A DNA stretch of 64,000 bases from Clostridiales bacterium (GTDB taxonomy: Bacteria; Bacillota; Peptococcia; DRI-13; UBA5745): the NCBI GenBank assembly GCA_009782505.1, contig WRIW01000004.1, positions 25,123 through 89,122 of the forward strand. Direction: 5' to 3'. A model generated the notes under the pieces. The model did no database searches. It was not told the origin of the DNA and saw only the letters and a program-made list of their open reading frames with translations. Below, piece after piece: positions 9,478-19,439 of this stretch (positions are counted from its first letter, which is position 1; each line of letters begins with the position of its first letter). The position numbers were made by a program, and so were the translations under genes.

Positions 9478-9647
9478 TTTTTGCCCCTCCGCTTCTCATT
9501 TTATACCTAAAAGTAAATCATGAGTTATTCTAACACCGCGTATTTTTTTTGTAAAGAAACAGATGGTTCCGCGGATTCCCTCTTGCGTTTTGCCATTTGT
9601 AGAATTATGATGGAAGTCGATCGATCGCGACGCCGGGAGGGACTCAT

Positions 9648-10931
9648 ATGCTGGATGCGAGAAGAATTCGAACAGACGCCGGTATGGTTAAAAATAGCTT
9701 GCTGGACCGAAACGCCGATTCCGGGCTGGTAGACAAGTTCCTGGCCGCCGACGAGAAGCGGCGGAAGAACCTGGCTGTCAGCGAGGAGAAGAAGGGCCTG
9801 CGCAATAAAGCCAGCGCCAATGTCGCCCGGATGAAGAAGGCCGGCGAGGACGCCGCCGTCATCATGGAGCAGACCCGGGCTTTAGGGGACGAGATCAAGG
9901 TGCTGGACGACGAGCTTAGGGATATCGAAGAGGAGATACAGTTTATCCTTCTTCATATACCAAACGTCCCCCACGAGACTGTGCCCGTCGGTAAAGACGA
10001 GGGGGCCAACGAAGAGATACGCCGCTGGGGCGAGCCCCGGGAGCCCGGCTTCCTTGTGAAGCCCCACTGGGAAGCGGGCGAGGCTTTGGGCGTCCTGGAC
10101 TTTGAGCGGGCTTCCAAGGTCACCGGCGCCCGCTTCACTTTCTACCGCGGGCTTGGGGCAAGGCTGGAAAGGGCGCTTATTGCATTTATGTTGGACCTGC
10201 ATACGCTGAAGCATGGTTACGAGGAGCTCATCCCCCCCTTTATTGTCAATCAGCATAGTATGACCGGTACCGGCCAGCTTCCGAAGTTCGCGGAAGACAG
10301 CTACCGGTTGGAAGGTTCGGAGGGGTACTACCTCGTGCCTACCGCCGAGGTGCCCGTCACGAACTTCTACCGGGAGGAGATATTGGACGCCCAGCGGCTT
10401 CCGATCTATCACTGCGCGTATACGCCTTGCTTCCGTTCGGAGGCGGGCGCCGCCGGCAGGGACACCCGCGGCCTCATCCGCCAGCACCAGTTCAATAAGG
10501 TGGAGCTCGTCAAGTTTGCCCTGCCGGAGAATTCCTACGATGAGCTTGAGGCGCTCACTGCCAACGCGGAAGAGGTGCTAAAGCAGCTGGAGCTGCCATA
10601 CCGCGTCGTAACCTTGTCTACCGGCGACCTTGGGTTTTCCTCCGCCAAGACTTACGACCTGGAAGTCTGGCTGCCCAGCGCCGGTATGTACCGGGAGATA
10701 TCCTCCTGCTCCAACTTTGAGGATTATCAGGCGCGCAGGGCGAATATCCGCTTCCGCCGGGAGCCGAAGGCGAAGCCGGAGTTTGTCCATACGCTAAACG
10801 GCTCCGGGGTGGCCATCGGCCGCACGACCGCGGCTATACTGGAGAATTATCAGAACGCCGACGGGAGCGTGACCATCCCCGCGGCCCTCCGCCCGTATAT
10901 GGGCGGCATTGATACGATCCCGGCTATATAA
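9648..10931 (+). CDS. serS: Seryl-tRNA synthetase
   Basis: N-terminal coiled coil, TGQLPKF, PTAEVP, FRSEAG, EISSCSN, HTLNGSG. Confidence 0.98.
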   Translation: MLDARRIRTDAGMVKNSLLDRNADSGLVDKFLAADEKRRKNLAVSEEKKGLRNKASANVARMKKAGEDAAVIMEQTRALGDEIKVLDDELRDIEEEIQFILLHIPNVPHETVPVGKDEGANEEIRRWGEPREPGFLVKPHWEAGEALGVLDFERASKVTGARFTFYRGLGARLERALIAFMLDLHTLKHGYEELIPPFIVNQHSMTGTGQLPKFAEDSYRLEGSEGYYLVPTAEVPVTNFYREEILDAQRLPIYHCAYTPCFRSEAGAAGRDTRGLIRQHQFNKVELVKFALPENSYDELEALTANAEEVLKQLELPYRVVTLSTGDLGFSSAKTYDLEVWLPSAGMYREISSCSNFEDYQARRANIRFRREPKAKPEFVHTLNGSGVAIGRTTAAILENYQNADGSVTIPAALRPYMGGIDTIPAI

Positions 10932-10972
10932 ACCGTTGCCCGGCCGAGCATAAGCCCAGATGAGCGATAGAG

Positions 10973-11149
10973 TTATCCACAACTTGTTCACAAATTGTGG
11001 ATAACTTTCCCTTTCGGTAAAAGAATGATGAAATATTTGTAAAAAGCGTGTAAGATCGCACCCGCCATTTAGCGTATTTAATCGTAATGAGTATAATTCC
11101 TGATAAAAGGCGCCGGTTCACAAAACTTTTTCAACAACGATGTGAAAAG
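10973..11149. promoter_or_regulatory. DnaA-box cluster
   Basis: Perfect TTATCCACA (10973-10981) and TGTGGATAA (10996-11004); degenerate TTGTTCACA (10984), TTTTCAACA (11128) and TGTGAAAAG (11141); AT-rich spacer. Confidence 0.75.
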
Positions 11150-11180
11150 TTCTTAACAGTAGTGAGATACGACCCAGCTC

Positions 11181-11209
11181 TTGATTTACCGACGCAAAGC
11201 CTATATACT
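11181..11209 (+). promoter_or_regulatory. SigA-type promoter for tRNA-Ser
   Basis: TTGATT-17 bp-TATACT, 15 bp upstream of the tRNA. Confidence 0.6.
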
Positions 11210-11224
11210 ACCTGTAGCCACTAT

Positions 11225-11316
11225 GGAGGGATACCGAAGCGGTCATAACGGGGCGGACTTGAAATCCGTTAGGGGCCTCGTGTCCCACGTGGGTTCGAAT
11301 CCCACTCCCTCCGCCA
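11225..11316 (+). tRNA. tRNA-Ser (anticodon TGA)
   Basis: GGAGGGA.../...TCCCTCC-G-CCA acceptor stem; GCGGA-CTTGAAA-TCCGT anticodon arm; long variable arm; GGTTCGAATCC T-loop; encoded CCA. Confidence 0.97.
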
Positions 11317-11394
11317 TTTTGTGATAAATCCGAACTCGTCCGCTCACCAATAGTTCCGGTGGGCGACGGGTTTGGCTTTGTTCGTTTTGTAAAA

Positions 11395-11446
11395 TTGACA
11401 ATAATATTTTAGTGAAGTATAATTGACTAAATCATACTTCACTAAA
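11395..11446 (+). promoter_or_regulatory. Consensus SigA promoter with an overlapping 13-bp inverted-repeat operator
   Basis: TTGACA (11395)-17 bp-TATAAT (11418); TTTAGTGAAGTAT (11408-11420)-N13-ATACTTCACTAAA (11434-11446) is a perfect inverted repeat. Confidence 0.8.
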
Positions 11447-11467
11447 TAAAGTTCGGAGGATCGTTCC

Positions 11468-12859
11468 ATGTTCGTAGGCAGAACAAGAGAGCTTGATAAC
11501 CTAAACAAACGGTATGAAAGCGGTGAGTTTGAAGTCGCCATCATATATGGGCGCCGCCGTATCGGGAAAACCACTCTCATCAATGAGTTTATAAAGGATA
11601 AGGAAACCGTCTTCTACACAGGGATTGAAGGTAATGCGAAGGAGAATCTTGAAGGGTTAAGTAAAAGCATTTACTCCCTTTCCAATGACTTTGCCGATAC
11701 TTCGGGCAGCTTCCCGAACTTCCAAGAAGCCCTTGAAACCGTTTTCAATATTTCAGAAAAGCGAAGGATTGTATTCGTCATAGACGAATTCCCTTATCTT
11801 GCCGCAAGCTATAGGTCGATTTCATCTATCCTTCAGGTGCTGATTGATAAAAACAAGGCTACGTCTAATATGTTCCTGATTCTGTGCGGTTCCTCTTTAT
11901 CCTTTATGGAGGAACAGGTGCTTGGTTATGAAAGCCCGCTCTTTGGCCGGCGTACTTGCCAATTCAAAATACTCCCCTTTGAGTTCTTTGAGATAAATGA
12001 GTATTACAAGAAGTTTAGTTGGGTCGATTTAGCCACGGTTTACGGTATAACGGGGGGAATCCCGTTATATATGTCGCTCATGGACGAAGGTCTAAGCGTT
12101 GAGGAAAATATTAAAACCAACTTCCTGGAACCAAACGCCTACCTGTTTGAAGAACCGATGAACCTAATCAAGCAGGAATGCCGTGACCCCTCTCAATACA
12201 ATTCGATAATCAAAGCTATCGCCACCGGATCGTCCAAGATGTCGGAGATATGTTCCAAGACAGATATTGATACTTCCCTTGCCACAAGCTATCTGGGCAA
12301 ACTTATCTCCTTGGGGATTGTAAGGAAAGATAAGCCTTTCGGGTCTGGTAATTCCCGTAAAACCATATACGCACTTGAAGATTCCATGTTCCGCTTTTGG
12401 TATCGTTTCATACCGGACAACATAGCGGCGATCAACCGCGGCTTGTCCGATACCGTTTATCAGAAGATAGCCCCGCAGCTGGCTGCGTTCATGGGCGGGG
12501 TATTTGAGGAGATATGTAAACAGTATTTATGGGAGTTGAACCGCAGGGGCAAGGCGGCTATCCCCTTTACCGACTTAGGCCGCTGGTGGGGGAATGACGC
12601 CAAGAGAAGGCGGGAGGCTGAAATTGACGTCATGGGTATCGGAGATAATAATTCCGCTTTGTTTGGCGAATGTAAATGGACGAATGAAAAGGTTGGTACC
12701 GCCGCCCTTGATACACTTATCGAAAGAAGCAAGCTCTTCAGTTATGATAGTATGCATTATTACTTGTTTGCCAAGACAGGTTTCACGAAGGGATGCGGAG
12801 ATCTGGCAAGCGCCATTGGCAATGTCACACTGGTTAAGTTCGAGGACATGTTTCAATAA
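11468..12859 (+). CDS. Archaeal-type AAA ATPase with wHTH and C-terminal PD-(D/E)xK (DUF234-like) domain
   Basis: Walker A GRRRIGKT, Walker B VIDEFP, LILCGSS, GGIP, FRFWYRF, EIDVM...GECKW; visibly AT-richer than flanks. Confidence 0.9.
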   Translation: MFVGRTRELDNLNKRYESGEFEVAIIYGRRRIGKTTLINEFIKDKETVFYTGIEGNAKENLEGLSKSIYSLSNDFADTSGSFPNFQEALETVFNISEKRRIVFVIDEFPYLAASYRSISSILQVLIDKNKATSNMFLILCGSSLSFMEEQVLGYESPLFGRRTCQFKILPFEFFEINEYYKKFSWVDLATVYGITGGIPLYMSLMDEGLSVEENIKTNFLEPNAYLFEEPMNLIKQECRDPSQYNSIIKAIATGSSKMSEICSKTDIDTSLATSYLGKLISLGIVRKDKPFGSGNSRKTIYALEDSMFRFWYRFIPDNIAAINRGLSDTVYQKIAPQLAAFMGGVFEEICKQYLWELNRRGKAAIPFTDLGRWWGNDAKRRREAEIDVMGIGDNNSALFGECKWTNEKVGTAALDTLIERSKLFSYDSMHYYLFAKTGFTKGCGDLASAIGNVTLVKFEDMFQ

Positions 12860-12883
12860 ATAATTTCATTGCGCAACGTGGCG

Positions 12884-14287
12884 CTAGCCGTTTGTGGCGC
12901 CTGTGCTGCCGTGGAGCGATTCGATCCTTTGCAGGGCGTTTTTCTTCCACTTCCCCTTATTGAAGATGATCAGCAAGAATACCAGTCCGTAGAGCTGCGA
13001 TATGACGTGGGAAAAGTATACGACCTCGATCCTGCCAAACACTTGGTTAAGGGCGATGAGGACGGGGATACGCACGACCACAGCCGTCATCAACCCGTTG
13101 ATCATGATGGTGACCGTGTCCCCGGAACCCCGTATGGTGTCGCCGAGAGGCGAGGATATGGCGGTGATCAGATGCACCGGAACCAGGATATTGAGCATCA
13201 TGCTGCCGGCCGCGATGGTCGCTTCATTGTCCGTAAACATCCGGAGGAGCGGCGCCTTGAAAAAGAGCACGGTGGAGCCGAGTACCGTGGATATACATAG
13301 AATGAGCAAGATCACTTGCTTTGTGCCTTTATACACCCGATCCATTCTTCCCGCGCCTATATTCTGAGCCGTGAATGGAGCCACGGACATATTCAGCGCC
13401 GAGACAGGCATATTGAGGTACATGTCCACCGTATTGCCGATGGAGTTGCCCGCTATGCTGGCCGTGCCGTAGGCGGTGATGAAGCCCATGACGATCATCC
13501 CCGTAAGGGACATCGTCACTTGCTGGATACCCGTAGGCAGGCCGATTTTGAGGAATGCCTTAGCTTCGGTCGCGTAGAATGCCAGCTTCCTCACGTTGAT
13601 GCTTGTCCAGGGATTATTTTGCAGACGGACATAGAGCAAGGCCACGGAAAGAAATTGGCTGATGACAGTGGCGGCCGCCGCCCCCGCGATGCCCCACTTG
13701 AAGAAGATGACAAACACCCAACATAACACGGCGTTGACGACGGAAGTCACCGCCAGGACGAATAGTTGTATTTTCGACTCGCCCATGCCCCGCAGAAAAC
13801 CGGCCATCATATTGTACAGTAGCTGAAAGACGATGCCGGAGAAAATGATGCGCATGTATGTCAAGGCCATGGCGTATAGGTCGGCGGGGGCGTTTAGCCA
13901 GCGGAGGATCAGCGGGGATATAAGGATGCCCACCGTGGATAAGACTATGCCGGTCGCCACCGCCAGTATGGTAGCCGTATTCACGGTACGCATGCAGCTG
14001 GCCTGGTCTTTGGCGCCGTAGTGCTGCGCGACCAGTACGTTGCCACCGAGGGATATCCCCATGAAAAACGATGTGAGGACCCTGAGGAAGGGAGCGGAAA
14101 GCCCCACGGCAGCCAGCCCCACATGGCTGACCCCGCGCCCCACGATGATGCCGGAAACAGTATTGTATAGCTGCTGTAGTACGCTGCTGAGCATCAATGG
14201 ATAGGCAAACAGGAGGATCTTTTGCCATGGCGTCCCTGTTGAGAAGTCTATCCTTTTTCTTTCCTTAGTCGCCGGTTGAACGTTCAT
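12884..14287 (-). CDS. MATE family efflux transporter
   Basis: LQQLYNTV, VAQHYGAKD, LRGMGESK, AQNIGAG; about 12 hydrophobic segments. Confidence 0.92.
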   Translation of the reverse strand: MNVQPATKERKRIDFSTGTPWQKILLFAYPLMLSSVLQQLYNTVSGIIVGRGVSHVGLAAVGLSAPFLRVLTSFFMGISLGGNVLVAQHYGAKDQASCMRTVNTATILAVATGIVLSTVGILISPLILRWLNAPADLYAMALTYMRIIFSGIVFQLLYNMMAGFLRGMGESKIQLFVLAVTSVVNAVLCWVFVIFFKWGIAGAAAATVISQFLSVALLYVRLQNNPWTSINVRKLAFYATEAKAFLKIGLPTGIQQVTMSLTGMIVMGFITAYGTASIAGNSIGNTVDMYLNMPVSALNMSVAPFTAQNIGAGRMDRVYKGTKQVILLILCISTVLGSTVLFFKAPLLRMFTDNEATIAAGSMMLNILVPVHLITAISSPLGDTIRGSGDTVTIMINGLMTAVVVRIPVLIALNQVFGRIEVVYFSHVISQLYGLVFLLIIFNKGKWKKNALQRIESLHGSTGATNG

Positions 14288-14451
14288 TTCTCTCTCCCCG
14301 TCGGTTTTCTGGCTACTCTCTATTATATCGCCGCGCCGGATGCATTACAATTTAAGCAGCATAAATTTCCACTTGAAAATCAGGAAGAAAGAAATCATAA
14401 TAGTAGTATCGGAAAATAAAAAATAAAAATAGGAAGAAAAGAGGTTTACGC

Positions 14452-15687
14452 ATGGAAAGAGTTGTACTTACCAGTTTTGCCCGCACCCCGTTTTCCAGTC
14501 AGAACGGCCATGAATTCCAGGAACTCAGCTTACCCAGCCTGGCCTACACCCCCATGATGGCGGCGATGGAGCGCTCCCATCTGGGCAAACGCGATGTAGA
14601 CAGCATCATCGTAGGCGTGATGGATCAGCACGGCGAGGGGGGCAATATGTCCCGCTTACTCGCCCTGAAAGCCGGCCTCGATGTGGATACGGCCATCGGG
14701 TACACGCTGAACCGCATATGCGGTTCGGGCTTCACGACGGTCACCAACAGTATGATGGAGCTTTGGACCGGCCAGGGTAATGTGTGCGTCGCCGTGGGCG
14801 CGGAGATGAATAGCCACAAGCTCATTTCGCTGCCCTTGTCCTTCGCCTGGACCGGCATCCCCAGAGGGGGGATCACCCTGGGCGGCATGGTGGGGATAGA
14901 GAATGGCATCGCCCCCCCGTCCTATGGCGACACGAGCCCCATGGGCACCACGGAGAAAGCGGCGGAGCTGTACGGCGTGACCAGGGAGGATGCGGACCGT
15001 TTTGCTTACGACTCCCAGATGAAGGCGAAAGCCGCTCAGGAAAATGGAAGGCTCGCCGTGGAGATCGTGCCCATCGAGGTACCCCAGACAGGCAAGAAAG
15101 GCAAAGTCGAAATGGTCACCATCGACAAGGACTTGCATCTCAAGCCATACACACAGCTTGACGTGCTGGCGACCCTGCCCGCCGTCTACAAGAAGCCGGA
15201 CGGCGTCGTCACCGCCGGCAATGCTTCCGGCAGCGTAGACGGGGCTGCCGCGGTGGTTCTGATGACCGAGAGCGAAGCGAAGCGCCGTGAGCTTCCGCCC
15301 ATCGCTTATCTGAATGATTTCGCTTTCGTCGGCGTCGATCCTTCCCTCATGGGGACCGGGCCGGCTCCCGCCATCCAGAAGCTCCTGAAGAAGACCGGCC
15401 TTACCCTGGACGAGATCGACGTCATCGAGATCAACGAAGCCTTCGCGGCCCAAGTCCTCGCCGTCATGAAGATGCTTGGCCCGTATCTGGATTCCGACTT
15501 CTACAAGAAGCTGAACCCCAACGGCGGCGGCGTCTCCATCGGCCATCCGGAAGGCGGCACAGGCGTCCGTCTCACGATGACCGTAGCGGAGGAGCTCCGG
15601 CGCACGGGCAAGAGGCTGGGCATCTGCAGCGCCTGCATCGGCGGCGGCATGGGCGTAGCGATCCTGCTGGAGAACGCGCAGCTATAA
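14452..15687 (+). CDS. Thiolase (acetyl-CoA C-acyltransferase), divergent
   Basis: NRICGSG, TAGNAS, EINEAFA, GHP and CIGGGMG catalytic motifs. Confidence 0.92.
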   Translation: MERVVLTSFARTPFSSQNGHEFQELSLPSLAYTPMMAAMERSHLGKRDVDSIIVGVMDQHGEGGNMSRLLALKAGLDVDTAIGYTLNRICGSGFTTVTNSMMELWTGQGNVCVAVGAEMNSHKLISLPLSFAWTGIPRGGITLGGMVGIENGIAPPSYGDTSPMGTTEKAAELYGVTREDADRFAYDSQMKAKAAQENGRLAVEIVPIEVPQTGKKGKVEMVTIDKDLHLKPYTQLDVLATLPAVYKKPDGVVTAGNASGSVDGAAAVVLMTESEAKRRELPPIAYLNDFAFVGVDPSLMGTGPAPAIQKLLKKTGLTLDEIDVIEINEAFAAQVLAVMKMLGPYLDSDFYKKLNPNGGGVSIGHPEGGTGVRLTMTVAEELRRTGKRLGICSACIGGGMGVAILLENAQL

Positions 15688-15739
15688 AGGAGACGAATCC
15701 GGACTAAGCGTATAATCGAATCAACATCTTTTTCAACGA

Positions 15740-15776
15740 GCCTCCCCCGGCTTATCGTAGTCTGGGGAGGCGTTTT
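15740..15776 (+). terminator. Intrinsic terminator after thiolase
   Basis: gcctcccc...ggggaggc stem followed by gtttt. Confidence 0.55.
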
Positions 15777-15796
15777 GCTCATTTTTTCATCATCTG

Positions 15797-15824
15797 TTGA
15801 CATTTCGAAAAATATCTGTATAAT
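15797..15824 (+). promoter_or_regulatory. SigA promoter of the choline operon
   Basis: TTGACA-16 bp-TATAAT. Confidence 0.65.
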
Positions 15825-15889
15825 TTCACTATATAACGAAAATGATATTTCGTGAAACGCGACCGTCGCGAAACGGAGGTGCATTTACC

Positions 15890-17650
15890 ATCAATAAAAG
15901 GGACTGGATCGTCTTGGCGGTCATCGTTAACTTTGGCTACCTTAATCATAAAAGCATCATGAGCCGTACCGGCTACTCTCTGGGCCTGATCCACTCTTCA
16001 TTAAAGAAACTCATGGATGAAGGCTTTATAGACGACGAGTACCAGGTGACGGAAAAAGCCAGGCGATACATGGAAGAGACGAAACCGCGCCGGGCAGTGA
16101 TCCTGGCGGCGGGCATGGGCTTCCGGATGACGCCCATCAACCGGTACCCGAAAGGGCTCCTGCAGATCAACGAAGAGCCTCTCATCGAGCGCGTCATCAA
16201 GCAGCTGAAGGACGTCGGCGTCGGGGAGATCTATGCCGTGGTGGGCTATCAGATGGAGCGCCTTGAGTACCTCACCGACAAATACGGCATCAAGCTGATC
16301 TATAACTACGATTTCGCGAAAAAAGATAGCCTGCACTCGCTGCGGCTTGCCGCCGACAAGCTCTCTAACTGCTACATCATCCCGTGCAACATCTGGTTCG
16401 CGAACAATCCGTTTAATCAATACGAGTACTTCTCCTGGTACGCCATCGCCGAGCATACGGACGAGGACAGCTATGTCCGCCTGAACCGGAAGCTGGAGCT
16501 CATCCATACCGGGGACGAAGGGGCGGGCAACTCCATGATCGGGCTGTGTTACCTGAAAGAAGAGGACGCGGAGAAAGTCCGCGAACAAATCGTCCGTCTG
16601 GACCGGCAGCGGAGATATGCCCGGGAAACCTGGGAGCAGGCTTTATTCTTCGGCAATAAAATGATCACCTACGCCCGGACCATGCTGGGGCAGTCCGCTT
16701 ATGAGATCAATACCTACGAGCAGCTTCGCGACCTAGACAGCGAATCCCGCAATCTGCATTCCCGGCGAATCGAGCTTATCTGCGATGTGTTTCAGACCGG
16801 GCAGGACGCCATCACCGATATATCCGGCTTGATGAAGGGCATGACCAACGACCTGATGCGCTTCTCCGTGGATGGCGACCCGTACCTCCTGCGGGTGCCC
16901 GGCGAAGGCAGCAACGAGCTTACCGACCGGCGCCAGGAGGCGGAGGTCTACGCGGCGATCAAGGGGAAGGGCTTTTCCGATAATGTCATCTTTATCTCGC
17001 CGGAAAGGGGTTTTAAAATCACCGAGTTTTGGGAAGAAGCGCGGGTCTGCGATCCGTCGGATGATAAAGACGTCGCCGCGTGCATCCGCTTCCTGCGCAA
17101 CATCCACGGCATGAAGCTTGAGGTACCTCATACCTTCAACCTGGCGGAAAAGCTGGAGCTGTACGAGAGGCTCAGCGACGGGCACCTCTTCTTCTCCGAC
17201 TACAACGAGACGAGGAAAAAGATCGTGCGGCTCATCGCGCTGCTGGATACGCTGGCGAAGGACGCGCGCCTCTGCCATATCGACCCGGTATCGGATAACT
17301 TCCTCTTTGTGGGCGACGAGCTGTATCTCATCGACTGGGAGTATGCCGGGATGTGCGACCCCCATATCGACTTAGCGATGTTCTGTATATATGCCAACTA
17401 TGATAAGGCCGCCGTAGACCGTGTGGCGGATATTTACTATGAAGGCGCCTCCTCCGACCAGGATCGCCTCCTGATATACGCTTATGCCGCCGTCGCCGGG
17501 TTCCTGTGGGCCGTCTGGTGCGGTTATAAGGATAAAATGGGCGTCAACTTCAGCGAATACGCGATACGGCAGTACGGATACGCGAAGGAGTTCTACCGTC
17601 ACGCCATGGAGCTGATGGACAAGCTCGCCCCGGCTTTGTTAAGCGGATGA
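15890..17650 (+). CDS. wHTH-LicC (CTP:phosphocholine cytidylyltransferase)-LicA (choline kinase) fusion
   Basis: TGYSLGLIH HTH, ILAAGMGFRM...PKGLL NTP-transferase, KGMTN, CHID, LIDWEYAG kinase. Start taken as ATC 9 nt after GGAGGT (ORF track uses ATG 15842). Confidence 0.85.
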   Translation: MNKRDWIVLAVIVNFGYLNHKSIMSRTGYSLGLIHSSLKKLMDEGFIDDEYQVTEKARRYMEETKPRRAVILAAGMGFRMTPINRYPKGLLQINEEPLIERVIKQLKDVGVGEIYAVVGYQMERLEYLTDKYGIKLIYNYDFAKKDSLHSLRLAADKLSNCYIIPCNIWFANNPFNQYEYFSWYAIAEHTDEDSYVRLNRKLELIHTGDEGAGNSMIGLCYLKEEDAEKVREQIVRLDRQRRYARETWEQALFFGNKMITYARTMLGQSAYEINTYEQLRDLDSESRNLHSRRIELICDVFQTGQDAITDISGLMKGMTNDLMRFSVDGDPYLLRVPGEGSNELTDRRQEAEVYAAIKGKGFSDNVIFISPERGFKITEFWEEARVCDPSDDKDVAACIRFLRNIHGMKLEVPHTFNLAEKLELYERLSDGHLFFSDYNETRKKIVRLIALLDTLAKDARLCHIDPVSDNFLFVGDELYLIDWEYAGMCDPHIDLAMFCIYANYDKAAVDRVADIYYEGASSDQDRLLIYAYAAVAGFLWAVWCGYKDKMGVNFSEYAIRQYGYAKEFYRHAMELMDKLAPALLSG

Positions 17651-17760
17651 TCCCGCTAAGGCCGCAAAGCGTCCGGCGTAGGCTCGGCGCTTCCGGCGCT
17701 ATCGTTGCACCTCGTATAACGTGACTTGACGCGGCTATCTGAAGGAAGCAGGTATAGAAT

Positions 17761-19374
17761 ATGACAAATGACAAAAACCCCATCCATGGCGAAAAGACCG
17801 GCGGCGCTTCGCTGCTGAGCCGGCTGGATCTTCCCCTGATCATCGTCCCCCTGGTCATCGTCGTCGCCCTCTGCGCGGTATTTATCTTATCGCCTGAGCA
17901 GTCGACGAGCGTCACCGACCGGATACGGGACTTCTTGGGAAACGAGCTTGGCTTCTTCTACATCGTGCTCGGATTCGGCATCGTGCTGATCACTTTGTAT
18001 ATCGCTTTTTCCCGCTACGGCAGCATCCGCCTTGGGAACCTGGATAAACCTCAGTACTCGGACTGGAGGTGGGCGACGATGATATTTACCGGCGTGTTTG
18101 CCGCCGATATCATCTTCTACTCCCTCATCGAGTGGGCGCTGTATGCCGGCGAGCCGCGGATCGAGCAGTTGGGCGGGATACAGGACTGGGCTTCCACCTA
18201 CCCCTTATTCCACTGGGGGCCCATCCCCTGGGGGTTCTATGTGATGCTTGCCGTAGCCTTCGGCTTCATGCTTCATGCCCGGGGCAGAGATATACAGAAG
18301 TTCTCCGAAGCCTGCAGGCCTCTTTTGGGGGATAGGATCGATAAGGGCGCCGGCAAGGTGATCGATAATATCGCTATCTGCGCCCTCCTGGCCGGGACTG
18401 CGACGACCTTCTCCCTGGCTACCCCCCTTCTGGCGGCCGCTCTCAGCAGGCTCTTCGGCATACCACTGAGCCCCGTCCTTACCATCGGCGTCCTCGTCTG
18501 CATCGCCGCGGTGTATACGATATCGGTGCTGAGCGGCATCAAGGGCATCATTAAGTCGGCGGCTATCTGCACCGTACTGCTATTCTTCATGCTTGCCTAT
18601 GTACTCCTTATGGGCGGGGAAGCAAGGTACATCATCGAGACTGGGGTCACCAGCCTGGGGAACCTTGCCCAGAATTTCATCGTCCTGTCTACCTGGATGG
18701 ATCCCCTGCGGGAGTCCGGCGACGGGGTCAACGGCTTCGTCCAGTACTGGACGGTATTCTACTGGGCGTACTGGATGGCCTGGTGCGTAGCCACCCCCTT
18801 CTTCATCGGGATGATCAGCAAGGGGAGGACCATCAAGAATGTGATTTTCGGTACCTACGGTTATGGGATGGCAGGCACCTTCCTCGCCTTCATCATCTTC
18901 GGTAATTACGGCTTGTCGCAGCAGATGGCGGGCAAGGTGGACATCATCGGCATGGTAGCGGACGGGCGGGACATCAACCTGGGGATCATCCAGATATTTG
19001 AAACCCTGCCGCTGACGGAAATGCTGCTGGTGGTGCTCTTTGTGATGCTGGTCACGTTCTACTCCACCACATTCGACTCCCTTACCCTGGTGATATCCGC
19101 GTACTCCTATAAGCACCTGCATCCGGATCAGGAATCCGAACGACCGGTGCGCGCCTTCTGGGCCCTGATGTTTATCATCTTTCCCATCGGTTTGATTTTT
19201 GCGGAGAACTCCATCAATAGTTTGCAATCCGTATCCATCATCGCCGCTTTCCCCATCGGGCTGGTCTTCTGCCTGATCATCATCAGCTTCTTTAAAGACG
19301 CTAAGGCGTACCTGGGCGAGCAGGCGGCCGCGAAGCAAGCCGGTTTAAGCGGGCAAGCGGCGGACGGGGAATGA
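17761..19374 (+). CDS. BCCT family (choline/betaine/carnitine) transporter
   Basis: FHWGPIPWGFY, WTVFYWAYWMAW, ISKGRTI, TTFDS. Confidence 0.93.
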   Translation: MTNDKNPIHGEKTGGASLLSRLDLPLIIVPLVIVVALCAVFILSPEQSTSVTDRIRDFLGNELGFFYIVLGFGIVLITLYIAFSRYGSIRLGNLDKPQYSDWRWATMIFTGVFAADIIFYSLIEWALYAGEPRIEQLGGIQDWASTYPLFHWGPIPWGFYVMLAVAFGFMLHARGRDIQKFSEACRPLLGDRIDKGAGKVIDNIAICALLAGTATTFSLATPLLAAALSRLFGIPLSPVLTIGVLVCIAAVYTISVLSGIKGIIKSAAICTVLLFFMLAYVLLMGGEARYIIETGVTSLGNLAQNFIVLSTWMDPLRESGDGVNGFVQYWTVFYWAYWMAWCVATPFFIGMISKGRTIKNVIFGTYGYGMAGTFLAFIIFGNYGLSQQMAGKVDIIGMVADGRDINLGIIQIFETLPLTEMLLVVLFVMLVTFYSTTFDSLTLVISAYSYKHLHPDQESERPVRAFWALMFIIFPIGLIFAENSINSLQSVSIIAAFPIGLVFCLIIISFFKDAKAYLGEQAAAKQAGLSGQAADGE

Positions 19375-19439
19375 CGATGCGTATCGATCGGTAAATTATC
19401 ATAAACAATCGGGCGGAACTGTGATAAAATGCTCTTGTC

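Noticed and set aside
9478-9647. T-box leader for serS
   Set aside because: The intergenic region is short and shared with a divergent gene; no T-box sequence or terminator is visible.
11077-11096. Second Zur-like site (TAATCGTAATGAGTA)
   Set aside because: Only a half match in AT-rich DNA, with no metal-related gene downstream.
11225-11316. tRNA-Sec
   Set aside because: The anticodon is TGA (reads UCA, Ser), not TCA, and the acceptor stem is the normal 7 bp.
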